Source of the DNA: an uncultured virus (IMG/VR IMGVR_UViG_3300032038_000013)
Lineage: Duplodnaviria > Heunggongvirae > Uroviricota > Caudoviricetes
IMG/VR virus record: IMGVR_UViG_3300032038_000013
Length of the DNA: 64,000 bases
Strand: one strand, 5' to 3'
Shown: piece by piece, positions 34,413 to 44,034 of the stretch
Numbering within the stretch: position 1 is the first letter of the stretch
Layout: every line of letters begins with the position of its first letter
Notes under the pieces: generated by a model
Databases searched by the model: none
Told to the model about the DNA's origin: nothing
What the model saw: the letters and a program-made list of their open reading frames with translations, nothing else
Made by a program: the position numbers and the translations under genes

Positions 34413-35123
34413 ATGAAAGAAGAATATACATTAATTGTACCAATGGTTAGTGTTAAAAGTAAAAACACTGTACCACTTGAATTTCAATACGATAATAAAA
34501 CAGGTCAGATAAATTGTATTAAAGCATTAGAAGGAATTGATTTGTCAATGTTTACAAAGATATATTTTATAATGCTTTATGAACATGAACTTAAATATCA
34601 TATTGCAGAGAAAATTACTGTTGCAAGAAAGTTTAATAAAAAGTTATTAGATACTGAAGTTGTATTTAAGTTTTTAGATAATCCAACAAGTTCACAAGCA
34701 GAAACAATTTACAACACAATTGTAGAATATAATATTGAAGGTCCAATATTTATTAAAGATGCTGACAATACTTGTACTTGTGAGGGTCAAATAAAAGGCA
34801 ATACTGTTTTGGTTTATCCATTGGAAAATACTCCAATTGTAGATCCTCAGCATAAATCATATGTAAGTGTAGATGACCAAAATTTTGTTGTAAACATTAT
34901 TGAAAAAAGAGTTGTAAGCAATTTGTTTAATTGTGGTGGTTATAGTTTTACTGATGCATCATTATTTAAAACAGCTTATGAATCATTATTAGGATATGAA
35001 GATATTGCAAATCATATGTATATATCACATATTATATATTGGCTTATATTGAATAAGAAAATTAAATTTCGCCCAGTTGAAGCTGTTTATTATGAAGATT
35101 TTGAATTAAATACAAAAGATTAA
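34413..35123 (+). CDS. Second, divergent nucleotidyltransferase-fold protein
   Basis: TSSQAET, IFIKDADN, KSYV, IIEKRVVS, GGYSF, MYISHII; lacks the GxGSR loop. Confidence 0.65.
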   Translation: MKEEYTLIVPMVSVKSKNTVPLEFQYDNKTGQINCIKALEGIDLSMFTKIYFIMLYEHELKYHIAEKITVARKFNKKLLDTEVVFKFLDNPTSSQAETIYNTIVEYNIEGPIFIKDADNTCTCEGQIKGNTVLVYPLENTPIVDPQHKSYVSVDDQNFVVNIIEKRVVSNLFNCGGYSFTDASLFKTAYESLLGYEDIANHMYISHIIYWLILNKKIKFRPVEAVYYEDFELNTKD

Positions 35124-35125
35124 AA

Positions 35126-36034
35126 ATGTTAGATAAAGTAGCAATTTGTGTTCCAACATATAATAATAGATATAGTGAAGTATTAAATTATATTAACAAG
35201 TTAACATCATTATGTGATGTATTTATTGTATTTTCAAATAATGATGACAAGTTGAAAGAATATGATAGTTATGATTGGAATGAAAAGATAAATAAAGTAT
35301 ATTGTGATGCAAAGACAATTGGTGAAAAGAGAAAATTCTTAGTGAATTATCTTTATGATAAAGGTTATCAATATATAATACAAATGGATGATGATGTTCG
35401 AACATTTGCATCTGAAATAAATGAATCAACAAAAAGAACAACATCAGAATCATATGCTAAACATAAGATTACTCTTGAAACTTTAATAACAAGATTAATT
35501 GATAAAATGATTAAATATGATGCTGCATTTATTTCTCCATCATTTCCATTTAGTTTAGGATTTTCAAAACCAGGAGCAATTGCAATTAACAAGTCTTTGA
35601 ATTTTGGACAGTTTACAGTAGTTGATGCATTAAAGTTAAAAGCAAATAATATTGAATATGATACAAGAGATAATATTCATGAAGATATTGATTTGGTAAT
35701 ACAAATGCTTCAACATGGAATGACATGTGTAACATTAAAAGATACTGCATTTGAGGTTACAGGTTCATCTTCATTATTTGAAAATTCAACTGTATGCCAA
35801 GCAAGTAAATTAGATTATGCAAGAGTTAATTTGTATTTAAAATATAGAGATGGTATATCATTAAGAATAGGTAAACGTGGAGAATTACGTTTGACTTGTA
35901 AACTTGATAAATATTGGAATACTTTTGAAATTCCAGTTAAAAATGATCTATATCATAATAAAATGTATGAACTTTGTCAAAAGTACGATATTGAAGGAAT
36001 TAAAGAATTAATTAGAAATAAGAATAAAAAGTAG
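35126..36034 (+). CDS. GT-A glycosyltransferase resembling the T2/T6 glucosyl-hmC second-sugar transferase
   Basis: ICVPTY.NR, IGEKR, IQMDDD, EDIDLVIQMLQHG. Confidence 0.65.
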   Translation: MLDKVAICVPTYNNRYSEVLNYINKLTSLCDVFIVFSNNDDKLKEYDSYDWNEKINKVYCDAKTIGEKRKFLVNYLYDKGYQYIIQMDDDVRTFASEINESTKRTTSESYAKHKITLETLITRLIDKMIKYDAAFISPSFPFSLGFSKPGAIAINKSLNFGQFTVVDALKLKANNIEYDTRDNIHEDIDLVIQMLQHGMTCVTLKDTAFEVTGSSSLFENSTVCQASKLDYARVNLYLKYRDGISLRIGKRGELRLTCKLDKYWNTFEIPVKNDLYHNKMYELCQKYDIEGIKELIRNKNKK

Positions 36035-36042
36035 TTATAATT

Positions 36043-37353
36043 ATGAACGAAAGAAAAAACATTTTAATTGGTAAGATTGGTAAGTCTGTCAAAATGAAGA
36101 ATATTCATATTGAGACAGGTGGTGGTGCTGACTTGGTATTATATTCAACTATGGCAAAGATGTGTCCTGAATATCATTTTTATTTTATAGGACCTAATGA
36201 ATTGTATAAGTGTACTGAAGAGGAATATTTGAAATTATTCCCAAACAAGAACGTACATTCTGCATGGTCAACTGATATTCGTAAGTCAATGAATTTTCAA
36301 TCAATTGTAGATTATTTCAAAGATAATGATATTAAAGTTGATTTTGCATTGTTATTTAATGGATTAAGTGGTAATACAAATATTCGTGGATTCTTAACAA
36401 AGCCTGATGGTAGTTTTTATAGTCCATTGATGTGTTTCCAAAATTATGCAGGTCCTATTATTTATACATTGAATGAATTGATGTGTCCTTTGTATATGAT
36501 GGCTGAAGATGCACGTTATATAACAATTAATAGTAAGGACTTATATAATCGTGAACGTCTTATATTTTCTCAAATTAATGGAGATTTTGAAACAACATTA
36601 GGTCATGTAGTTTCAAAGACTGACTGGACAATTGTTAAGACAACTCACCATGCAAAGTATTCACATCTTGAAAAGATTTTCTTAATGGGTCTTGATGAAC
36701 ATTGGAAAGACAATATTGATTTTGAAGCAAAGAGAAATTCAACTGTAGAACCTGTCATTGTATTATCAAATGGTTGTGGTACAGCAAAGATAAATTGTGC
36801 AGGTAATAATAGTTCTCGTCTTCCTGCATATAAGAAGTATATTATTGATAACTTCAAAGGAACAAAATATGAGAATACAAAGATTTATGGAAGTGTATGG
36901 GATAAAGAAGTATATGATGAATATCCACAAATTCAAAATAAGCTGATGCTTGATTTGGGTAAGGAAGTATCTGAAGCAAAATATACTTTAGTTTATTCAC
37001 AAGTCCCAGGATTTGTAACTTGTAAGCCATGGGAAATGATTACAATTGGTTTGCTTCCATTCTTACATCCAGATTATGATTGCTATCATTTGTTAAACCT
37101 TCCTGAGTATCTTTATTTGAAAGATGAAAAAGATTTCTTAAATAAGATTAATGAACTTGAGAATAATTTCGACAAATATAAGGATTTAATGCAACAATGC
37201 TTTGATTTAATTAAACCTGAATATTTGAATGGTTGGTTAATTGTAAATGGAATTTTGGGAAATATTGCAAAGGATCTTGGATATAAGTATGAATTTAAGC
37301 CAGGTGTTAAATCAATATTCAATAGATTTAGTAAAGAATTTATTCAAGCATAA
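36043..37353 (+). CDS. GT-B DNA glycosyltransferase, T4 beta-glucosyltransferase-like
   Basis: FVTCKPWEMI..FLHPDYD..LYLKDEKDFLNKINEL aligns with recalled BGT FITLRVWETM..IDEEFD..FYVNNRAELIDRVNEL; EDARY corresponds to TDIRL. Confidence 0.7.
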   Translation: MNERKNILIGKIGKSVKMKNIHIETGGGADLVLYSTMAKMCPEYHFYFIGPNELYKCTEEEYLKLFPNKNVHSAWSTDIRKSMNFQSIVDYFKDNDIKVDFALLFNGLSGNTNIRGFLTKPDGSFYSPLMCFQNYAGPIIYTLNELMCPLYMMAEDARYITINSKDLYNRERLIFSQINGDFETTLGHVVSKTDWTIVKTTHHAKYSHLEKIFLMGLDEHWKDNIDFEAKRNSTVEPVIVLSNGCGTAKINCAGNNSSRLPAYKKYIIDNFKGTKYENTKIYGSVWDKEVYDEYPQIQNKLMLDLGKEVSEAKYTLVYSQVPGFVTCKPWEMITIGLLPFLHPDYDCYHLLNLPEYLYLKDEKDFLNKINELENNFDKYKDLMQQCFDLIKPEYLNGWLIVNGILGNIAKDLGYKYEFKPGVKSIFNRFSKEFIQA

Positions 37354-37378
37354 AAAGGAGCTCTTAAGAGCTCCTTTT
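37353..37378. terminator. Bidirectional terminator
   Basis: AAAAGGAGCTC-ttaa-GAGCTCCTTTT. Confidence 0.85.
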
Positions 37379-37381
37379 ATA

Positions 37382-37711
37382 TTAATTTTTAATGTATTTA
37401 TTTGTTTTTGATTTATTACCAATAACCATTTCAATTATTTGTTTAAGTGAATATAAGTAATTTTTTGTTTGTTGTGGTTCTATATCATTATCAATGAAAT
37501 TACAAAACTCCATTAAATTAGATTCTAACTGTGTTCCTTTAATATATGTCTTTAAGTTATCAATACTAACTTTTGCACCATCTTGTTTACACTTAACTGT
37601 TAACTCAATAAATTCTTGAGCTTGATGTTCATTTCGCTCAAACCATTTATCAAGTAACCAAAATAAATTATCATCTAATTCTTCAAAAATATAATCTTTT
37701 AATGATATCAT
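37382..37711 (-). CDS. Hypothetical protein with CTS-like N-terminus
   Basis: MISLKDYIFEE. Confidence 0.6.
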   Translation of the reverse strand: MISLKDYIFEELDDNLFWLLDKWFERNEHQAQEFIELTVKCKQDGAKVSIDNLKTYIKGTQLESNLMEFCNFIDNDIEPQQTKNYLYSLKQIIEMVIGNKSKTNKYIKN

Positions 37712-37731
37712 TAAATTAATATGAATTAATT

Positions 37732-38538
37732 TTATAATGTTGCTCCACCATTTTCTTCTTGTTTATTCAAAGTCATTATCATATAACCATCAAGACCTTC
37801 AATTTTCTTAAATCCTGATTTTTCAAATACTTTAGCAATATCATCATTTGCATATTTGATAGTTAATCCTTCCATGTGAGCTTCTTTAACAGCTTTCTTC
37901 ATATCTTCAAGATATACTTCAAATAAACCCTGCTTAGCATATTTTGCATCTGTTTGAGCAGCAAAGATATTGATATATTTTGTTAACTTTGATGCAGCTT
38001 CTTTAATTTCATCTGTCTTTCCTTTCTTTGCAACAACTTTCCAATATTTAAGAGAGAATCCAAGCATACCATAAAAATTAGGTTTTTCATCTTTCTTTTC
38101 GTCTGAACCTGGGTCCATAAATACAACATAATTTGCAAAATAAGGAGCTTTATTCAATTTTTTAAGTTCAGGTGTTTCATTAAATAAGTTATCAAATACA
38201 TAAAAACCTTGCTTCTTTTTTGCATCTGACTTCATTACTTTCATTAGTTTATCCAAAACTTTTTCATCAGGCACTTGCATTGGTTGAATGTTATCCTTAT
38301 TAATTTTTCCTGTTTCATCTTCATTAATAATATTTTGTCTATCATCTAATGATTCTGCAGCAGTTGTTGATAAGTTCTTTTCTCCAAGAGCCCAACCCCA
38401 GAAATTACTTGCATGCTTACGAATTGCTTTCATACCTTTAACTGTAAAGTGTAAAGCAACTGCACCGCACAATGCCATTAATAAGAAACTTTCATTGATT
38501 TGAAGTTCTTCATTGATATATTCTTTTATATGTTTCAT
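37732..38538 (-). CDS. CTS-like leader, hydrophobic segment, C-terminal GNAT-like domain
   Basis: MKHIKEYINEELQINES; AAQTDAKYAKQGLF..VFEKSGF. Confidence 0.55.
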   Translation of the reverse strand: MKHIKEYINEELQINESFLLMALCGAVALHFTVKGMKAIRKHASNFWGWALGEKNLSTTAAESLDDRQNIINEDETGKINKDNIQPMQVPDEKVLDKLMKVMKSDAKKKQGFYVFDNLFNETPELKKLNKAPYFANYVVFMDPGSDEKKDEKPNFYGMLGFSLKYWKVVAKKGKTDEIKEAASKLTKYINIFAAQTDAKYAKQGLFEVYLEDMKKAVKEAHMEGLTIKYANDDIAKVFEKSGFKKIEGLDGYMIMTLNKQEENGGATL

Positions 38539-39140
38539 AATTTATATGTTAATATTTCTTTATTGTCTTTAAATGTATTAAATCCAAGTTTAATCAAATT
38601 TGCTTTCATTTTTGGGTGTGTAGGCTTTGCTGAGATACCAATAAATTGTTGTTTTTCACCTTCCATAAATTTAACAAAATCTGCTAATATTGCTTTATTT
38701 AATGGCAAGGATTCTTGAACAATCAAAGATGATTCAATACCTATTAAATGTACAAAGTTATCTATATAAGATACATTTTTGTCAAATATACATATACCAA
38801 CAAAATAAATATTATCTCCATCTTGATACCAATAAGGGAGACATTCCGGATTTAATTCTTTATCTTCATCTTGAATATATTGTTTAGGATTACGAATCAT
38901 CTGATTTGTAACAGTAAATCCAACTTGCCTGTCACCTACAATTTTTTTAACAACTGCATCAGTTGAAAAATCTTCAAATGTAAATGTTCGTTTAGGTTTA
39001 TTCAATTTATCAACATCTACTTGTATAGGTTGAACTTTATTGTCTTTTATTAATGACTGTTGTGTTTGATAAACTTTTTTAAACCATTGCTGGTATTCTG
39101 ATTTTAATCCTTCAGTAATATATTTTACTAAGCTTTTCAT
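38535..39140 (-). CDS. CTS-like leader; possible degenerate GNAT fold
   Basis: MKSLVKYITEG; VHLIGIES..LIKLGF. Confidence 0.5.
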   Translation of the reverse strand: MKSLVKYITEGLKSEYQQWFKKVYQTQQSLIKDNKVQPIQVDVDKLNKPKRTFTFEDFSTDAVVKKIVGDRQVGFTVTNQMIRNPKQYIQDEDKELNPECLPYWYQDGDNIYFVGICIFDKNVSYIDNFVHLIGIESSLIVQESLPLNKAILADFVKFMEGEKQQFIGISAKPTHPKMKANLIKLGFNTFKDNKEILTYKL

Positions 39141-40243
39141 TATATTGTTTTAATTGTATAATTACCTTTGTTTAATTCAATTGAACTAACTGAATAAACA
39201 TATTCATTTGTATTTAAGCAAATTTCATTCCAATGTTGTTTTACATCTTCTAAATAACCATTTTTTCCAATTCCAAATATGTCTTGACACGTATCATTAA
39301 TTAAATAAGGTTTATCATATAAAAACATATATTTATAAGTATAATAAGGATCATTAAAATTGTTTTTGAAAATATTTTTATTATCTTTTATTAAAACATA
39401 TCTAATTCCATTCCCTAAATTATACTTATATAATTTTAATATATTATTATAATCATTAATATTATTACACTCATAAACCACATAATATTCAAATGTATTA
39501 TAATCAAATGATTCTGAAATTATATTATGTATTGTTCCAAAAATTATTTCTAAACAAAAAATAATATGTCTATTATCTTCAATAGTAATTGTTGGGCATT
39601 TAATAAGATTTAAGCATTTATGATAATTTACATTAAAATTAATATATTCTTTAATTTTATCTTTATTTTGCCATTGTTCATTTGGTAATATATGTTCAAA
39701 ATACCCGAATATAACATCACATATTTTAACAAATATATCCCATTTACATATAAATATATTTACATGATTTTTTATTTCAGGATAATGATATAATAAATAA
39801 TCTATTTTATCTGAATATTCTGGATAGTAGAATTTAATATAAGATATAATTGAATATAAAAAACACCCAACATCATAAGGACGTTCTCCCTTTGCAACTG
39901 GCTTATCTATATTCCAATATATATATACTTGTGTTTTCCCTTTATTTATTTCATTATAATTAATATTTTTCCATTGTTTACCATATTGGTCAAATCCAAC
40001 AATATCTGATTTTAAATTATTTTTCCATACATAATACATGGTACACAATTCCCCATAAAACATATTTAATTGATTAATACAAATACCTTTATATGTTTCA
40101 CTGTTATTATAGATAACAATATTATAATCATTACTATAATAATCTTTTAATACATATTCTTTTGTTGTATTAGCAAATGATACTCTCCATATATTACATT
40201 TTGTATTATATCTAAAATTGTGAAATTGTTTTTGATTATTCAT
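39140..40243 (-). CDS. DUF4422-like glycan biosynthesis protein
   Basis: FYGELCTMYYVWKNNLKSDIVGFDQY; NIFICKW. Confidence 0.6.
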   Translation of the reverse strand: MNNQKQFHNFRYNTKCNIWRVSFANTTKEYVLKDYYSNDYNIVIYNNSETYKGICINQLNMFYGELCTMYYVWKNNLKSDIVGFDQYGKQWKNINYNEINKGKTQVYIYWNIDKPVAKGERPYDVGCFLYSIISYIKFYYPEYSDKIDYLLYHYPEIKNHVNIFICKWDIFVKICDVIFGYFEHILPNEQWQNKDKIKEYINFNVNYHKCLNLIKCPTITIEDNRHIIFCLEIIFGTIHNIISESFDYNTFEYYVVYECNNINDYNNILKLYKYNLGNGIRYVLIKDNKNIFKNNFNDPYYTYKYMFLYDKPYLINDTCQDIFGIGKNGYLEDVKQHWNEICLNTNEYVYSVSSIELNKGNYTIKTI

Positions 40244-40743
40244 TATTTAATATCTTGTAAGAAATCTTTTAACTCTTGAAGATGTTCTTGTTCATCAGCA
40301 AGTATTTCTTTTAATTTTGAATTTGATGCTGGATCTACTTCTTCAGTCATCTTAACAAGTTCTTCATAAGTTTCAATTGCACCTTCTTCATTAGTAATAT
40401 TATCTTCAAGAGATTTCTTAATATCAATATTATCTTTTGACCATGTAGGAGCAATATATTTATGATTAGCTGTTTCCCAAGAATTTGGAGACATTGATAT
40501 ATCCTCAATTGTACCACCAAGTTGATTAATACGTTTCATAAGCCAATAAGCATGGTCTTCTAATTCATCTTTAGCAGTATCTTCATAGAATTTTTCAATA
40601 TCTTTACGGTCTGTTCCTTTTAACCATTCTTTAACAATCACATAACCGTACCAAGCATTAAGTTCTTCTTTAAGTGCATTTTTCATAGCATCAATTATTT
40701 TTGAACCTTCTGCTTCATTAATATAAGTTAACAATTGCTTCAT
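40243..40743 (-). CDS. Ferritin-like (bacterioferritin/DpsL) protein with CTS-like leader
   Basis: EELNAWYGY, DELEDHA..RINQLGG, EEGAIETY and ILADEQEH ferroxidase motifs. Confidence 0.85.
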   Translation of the reverse strand: MKQLLTYINEAEGSKIIDAMKNALKEELNAWYGYVIVKEWLKGTDRKDIEKFYEDTAKDELEDHAYWLMKRINQLGGTIEDISMSPNSWETANHKYIAPTWSKDNIDIKKSLEDNITNEEGAIETYEELVKMTEEVDPASNSKLKEILADEQEHLQELKDFLQDIK

Positions 40744-40837
40744 TGTATTTTATGTATAATATTTCTATATATAAAAATAAATTTCTATAACGAATAAATT
40801 ATATAATATAACATATAAACAAACAACAATATAAATA

Positions 40838-41374
40838 ATGATACTTGCATTAGATTCATATTATAAAGATGATATTTGTAATACATCATTAGTATTATTC
40901 GAGAACGAAAAATCATCTGAACCAATATATACAGATACAATATATACTAAAGTAACATCTGATTATATCCCAGGAGAATTTTATAAACGAGAACTCCCAG
41001 GTATTAAAAAGATATTAACAAAGTTTATTGAAGAACATTCTGATTGGTGGGAGAATACATATATTATTGTAACAGATAGTTTTGTAACTTTGAAAAATGG
41101 ATGTGATGAATGGAAAGGACTTGGAAGTTATTTGAAAGAATATCTTAAGTCAATAGGTTATAATAAAGTCATATATGGAGTTGCAAAAACAAATTTTTGT
41201 GATTGTGACAAAATATCTGAAGTAATATATCGTGGCAAATCAAAAACACCATTATATGTACAGTCATCAACATTAGATAATATTGGTGTTAGATTTATGA
41301 TTCAAAATATGCATGGTGAATATAGAATTCCAACTATGCTTAAATTAGTTGACCAATTATCAAGAAAATTTTAA
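40838..41374 (+). CDS. nfi: Endonuclease V-like protein
   Basis: LALDSYY, YIPGEFYKRELP, GLG, GVAKT, RGKSKTPLYV, MHGEYRIPTMLKLVD. Confidence 0.8.
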   Translation: MILALDSYYKDDICNTSLVLFENEKSSEPIYTDTIYTKVTSDYIPGEFYKRELPGIKKILTKFIEEHSDWWENTYIIVTDSFVTLKNGCDEWKGLGSYLKEYLKSIGYNKVIYGVAKTNFCDCDKISEVIYRGKSKTPLYVQSSTLDNIGVRFMIQNMHGEYRIPTMLKLVDQLSRKF

Positions 41375-41432
41375 TATAATTTGAATTTTTACAATAAATT
41401 ACTATATTATATTTGTAACAAACAAAAAGAAT

Positions 41433-43856
41433 ATGAGTAATTGGAAAATTGTTAAAGTTAATTATGTCGACCAAGATAAATTAATTAATAAGCTGACTAA
41501 TTATTATATTAGTCAGACAAACAGTATTGGAGACGTTCATCTTGGTGATCCTTTATATTTTTGTTATCGAAAGCAGTGGGGATTGTTTTGGAAATTACGT
41601 CGTATTCTTAATCAATATGATTATGATAGACTTTGTGAAAATGTAGCTTTTGATAATCATGAAGTTCGCGAGTTGTTTCGTCATGTAAATTTTTAAGATT
41701 ATATAATATGATTAACGAAATTGAATTTCTTCCTAAGAAAATTGAAATTGATAACAAGATCTATCAGCCAAAAATTTATTTGACTGCTTGGGATAAGTGG
41801 TGTATTGCTTATAAGAATATTGTTAAGCCGTCTGACCACCTTTGTTCTGTTGTAATTGAGCCTGAAAATGAGCCTATTAAGATTGAAGATACCGTCGGTT
41901 ATCTTAATGAATATGTCGGCAATACTAAGACATTTGGAGATGCAGTAACTATGTTGATTGAATATTTGAAGAGATATGAAGCTTGAAAATTTAGAAACAC
42001 TTAAGATAGGTGATACTATTTATAGTTTCTTTGGAAATACATTTTATATTTACAAAGTAACAAATATTAATATTCCTGTACACGAAATTACTGTTTGTAT
42101 TGAGAGTATTAACAATATTAAGAACGGTAAGGATTATTCTATTATTGATATTCCTACCGAAGCTCGATATAACGATATTAAGTACGGGTATGAATTTACA
42201 ATGATGGATCTTGATTTGAATACTGCATATCAGAACTATTCTGAATACATTAATACACAGATTAACAGATTAAATGGTATGCGTGGGAATATGAAAGGAC
42301 TCAAACGTCAATATATGCTTTCAAAAAATATGATTCCTGAGCATGAAAAAACATGGAAGGAACTTGGATATAAGTCAAAAGAAGCATATGACGAATATCT
42401 TAATGATATGTATGATGATTTAAGACACGGACGAATTGGATAAATTATGGAAATTAAATATTTTGAACACAATAATAATTATTTCATTCAAGCCTTTAAT
42501 AATGAAACATTAATAGGCAATATAATTATAGATATAAATTGTTCAGAATATCCAAGATATAAAGAATATTGCAATGGTAATAAACTTGTAAAAATTGTTA
42601 GAGTTGAAACTAATCCAAATTATGTAGGACAAGGGATTGCAACAAAACTTATACAGTTAGCAATTAAACAGTTTGAAGATTATAATTTTGTTTTGTTATG
42701 TAGTCCAGCAAAACGAACAGAAGATACCGATACTCTTAAGACTGTATCTGATTTGCAAATGTTTTATTCTAAATTTGGATTTGTGAAGACTACAGAATTT
42801 TTACCAACAATGGTTAGAAAGACAGATGATTGAAAAAACATATACAATTCAATTAGAAGAACAATCTGATTATCATCAAAAATATAAAGATTATTTCATT
42901 AATAAATATAAGATGGAACATTCTTTGGGTCCTAAGATAATCTATAGGATGACAACAAATGAAAGAGGTTCATTTCCATCTGATAATTATATTGATGAAT
43001 ATCTTATAAATGAAAAACTTTTAGGATTTGTTTATTTTAGAAGAAATGAATATAATCTTTGTGATGTATACATGGTTGATTTGGAAATAAAAATTCCTGA
43101 TAAATGGTATAAAATGGAGAATACATACGGAATAGAAGTATATACAGAATATAAATATTAATTATGAAAGAAGTTATTACAATTTTGATGGAGCGCGATG
43201 GTATTTCTGAAGAGGAAGCTCGTGCATTGGTTAAAGAAACTCGTGATGAAATTATGATGTTAGATGATCCATGTAAAGCAGAGGAAGTTTTTATGGAATA
43301 TCTTGGTCTTGAACCTGATTATTTGGATTGTATTTTTAGCATATGATTGAAAGAATTACAGCAAAAGAAGCTCGTGAAATGATGTATGACACTTCATTAA
43401 ATAACGACAAAAAAGTCGATAAAATAATGGAGTGGATTAAAGGAGCTATTTCAAAATTTGAAGATCATATTAATGTTGATTATTATGATTGTCCTGAAAA
43501 TGTAGAATCTTATTTACAACTTTTGGGATATACAATTGAACATTATACATCAGATGGTGATGCAATGAGAAGAATTAAATGGTAATAATATGAAAAAGAT
43601 TTTTATTGTACTTATAAGTTGTTTTTTGTTAGCATGTTCTTGTACTGACCAACATGGATATAATGAATTAAATTATGATTCAGTTCCATCACAAGTATGG
43701 TTTGATAAATATATTCGTCATTCAACAGTAACAGATAGTACAGGACATACTCTTATTTTACATGAATATGGTAGTCGTGCAAACGGTTATGGATCTTATT
43801 CATTTAGTATTGAACATACTCCTGAATGTAAAAAATGTTGTGAGATTTATGATTAA
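41433..43856 (+). CDS. Cluster of small early hypothetical genes
   Basis: Packed ORFs after the promoter at 41400. Confidence 0.7.
42447..42833 (+). CDS. GNAT acetyltransferase
   Basis: VRVETNPNYVGQGIATKLI; FYSKFGF. Confidence 0.8.
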   Translation: MEIKYFEHNNNYFIQAFNNETLIGNIIIDINCSEYPRYKEYCNGNKLVKIVRVETNPNYVGQGIATKLIQLAIKQFEDYNFVLLCSPAKRTEDTDTLKTVSDLQMFYSKFGFVKTTEFLPTMVRKTDD

Positions 43857-44033
43857 AGATTATTTTAATGGTGGACATTTGATTGAGTGTTTTTGTATTA
43901 CACCATCAATCAATTTTAATTGAATGCACAAGACAACTACAACTCCAATATCTTGGGAGTTGAATTTTTCATGGTTCTTTTGGTATTTTCGGTTGGTAAT
44001 GTTAAAGTAAATTTGAAGAAAGCAGGTTATTAA
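43849..44033 (+). pseudogene. Disrupted small ORF (in-frame TGA plus probable frameshift)
   Basis: MIKDYF..INFN*MHK..WFFWYF, then a shifted frame SVGNVKVNLKKAGY* ending just before the next ATG at 44035. Confidence 0.5.
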
Positions 44034-44034
44034 T

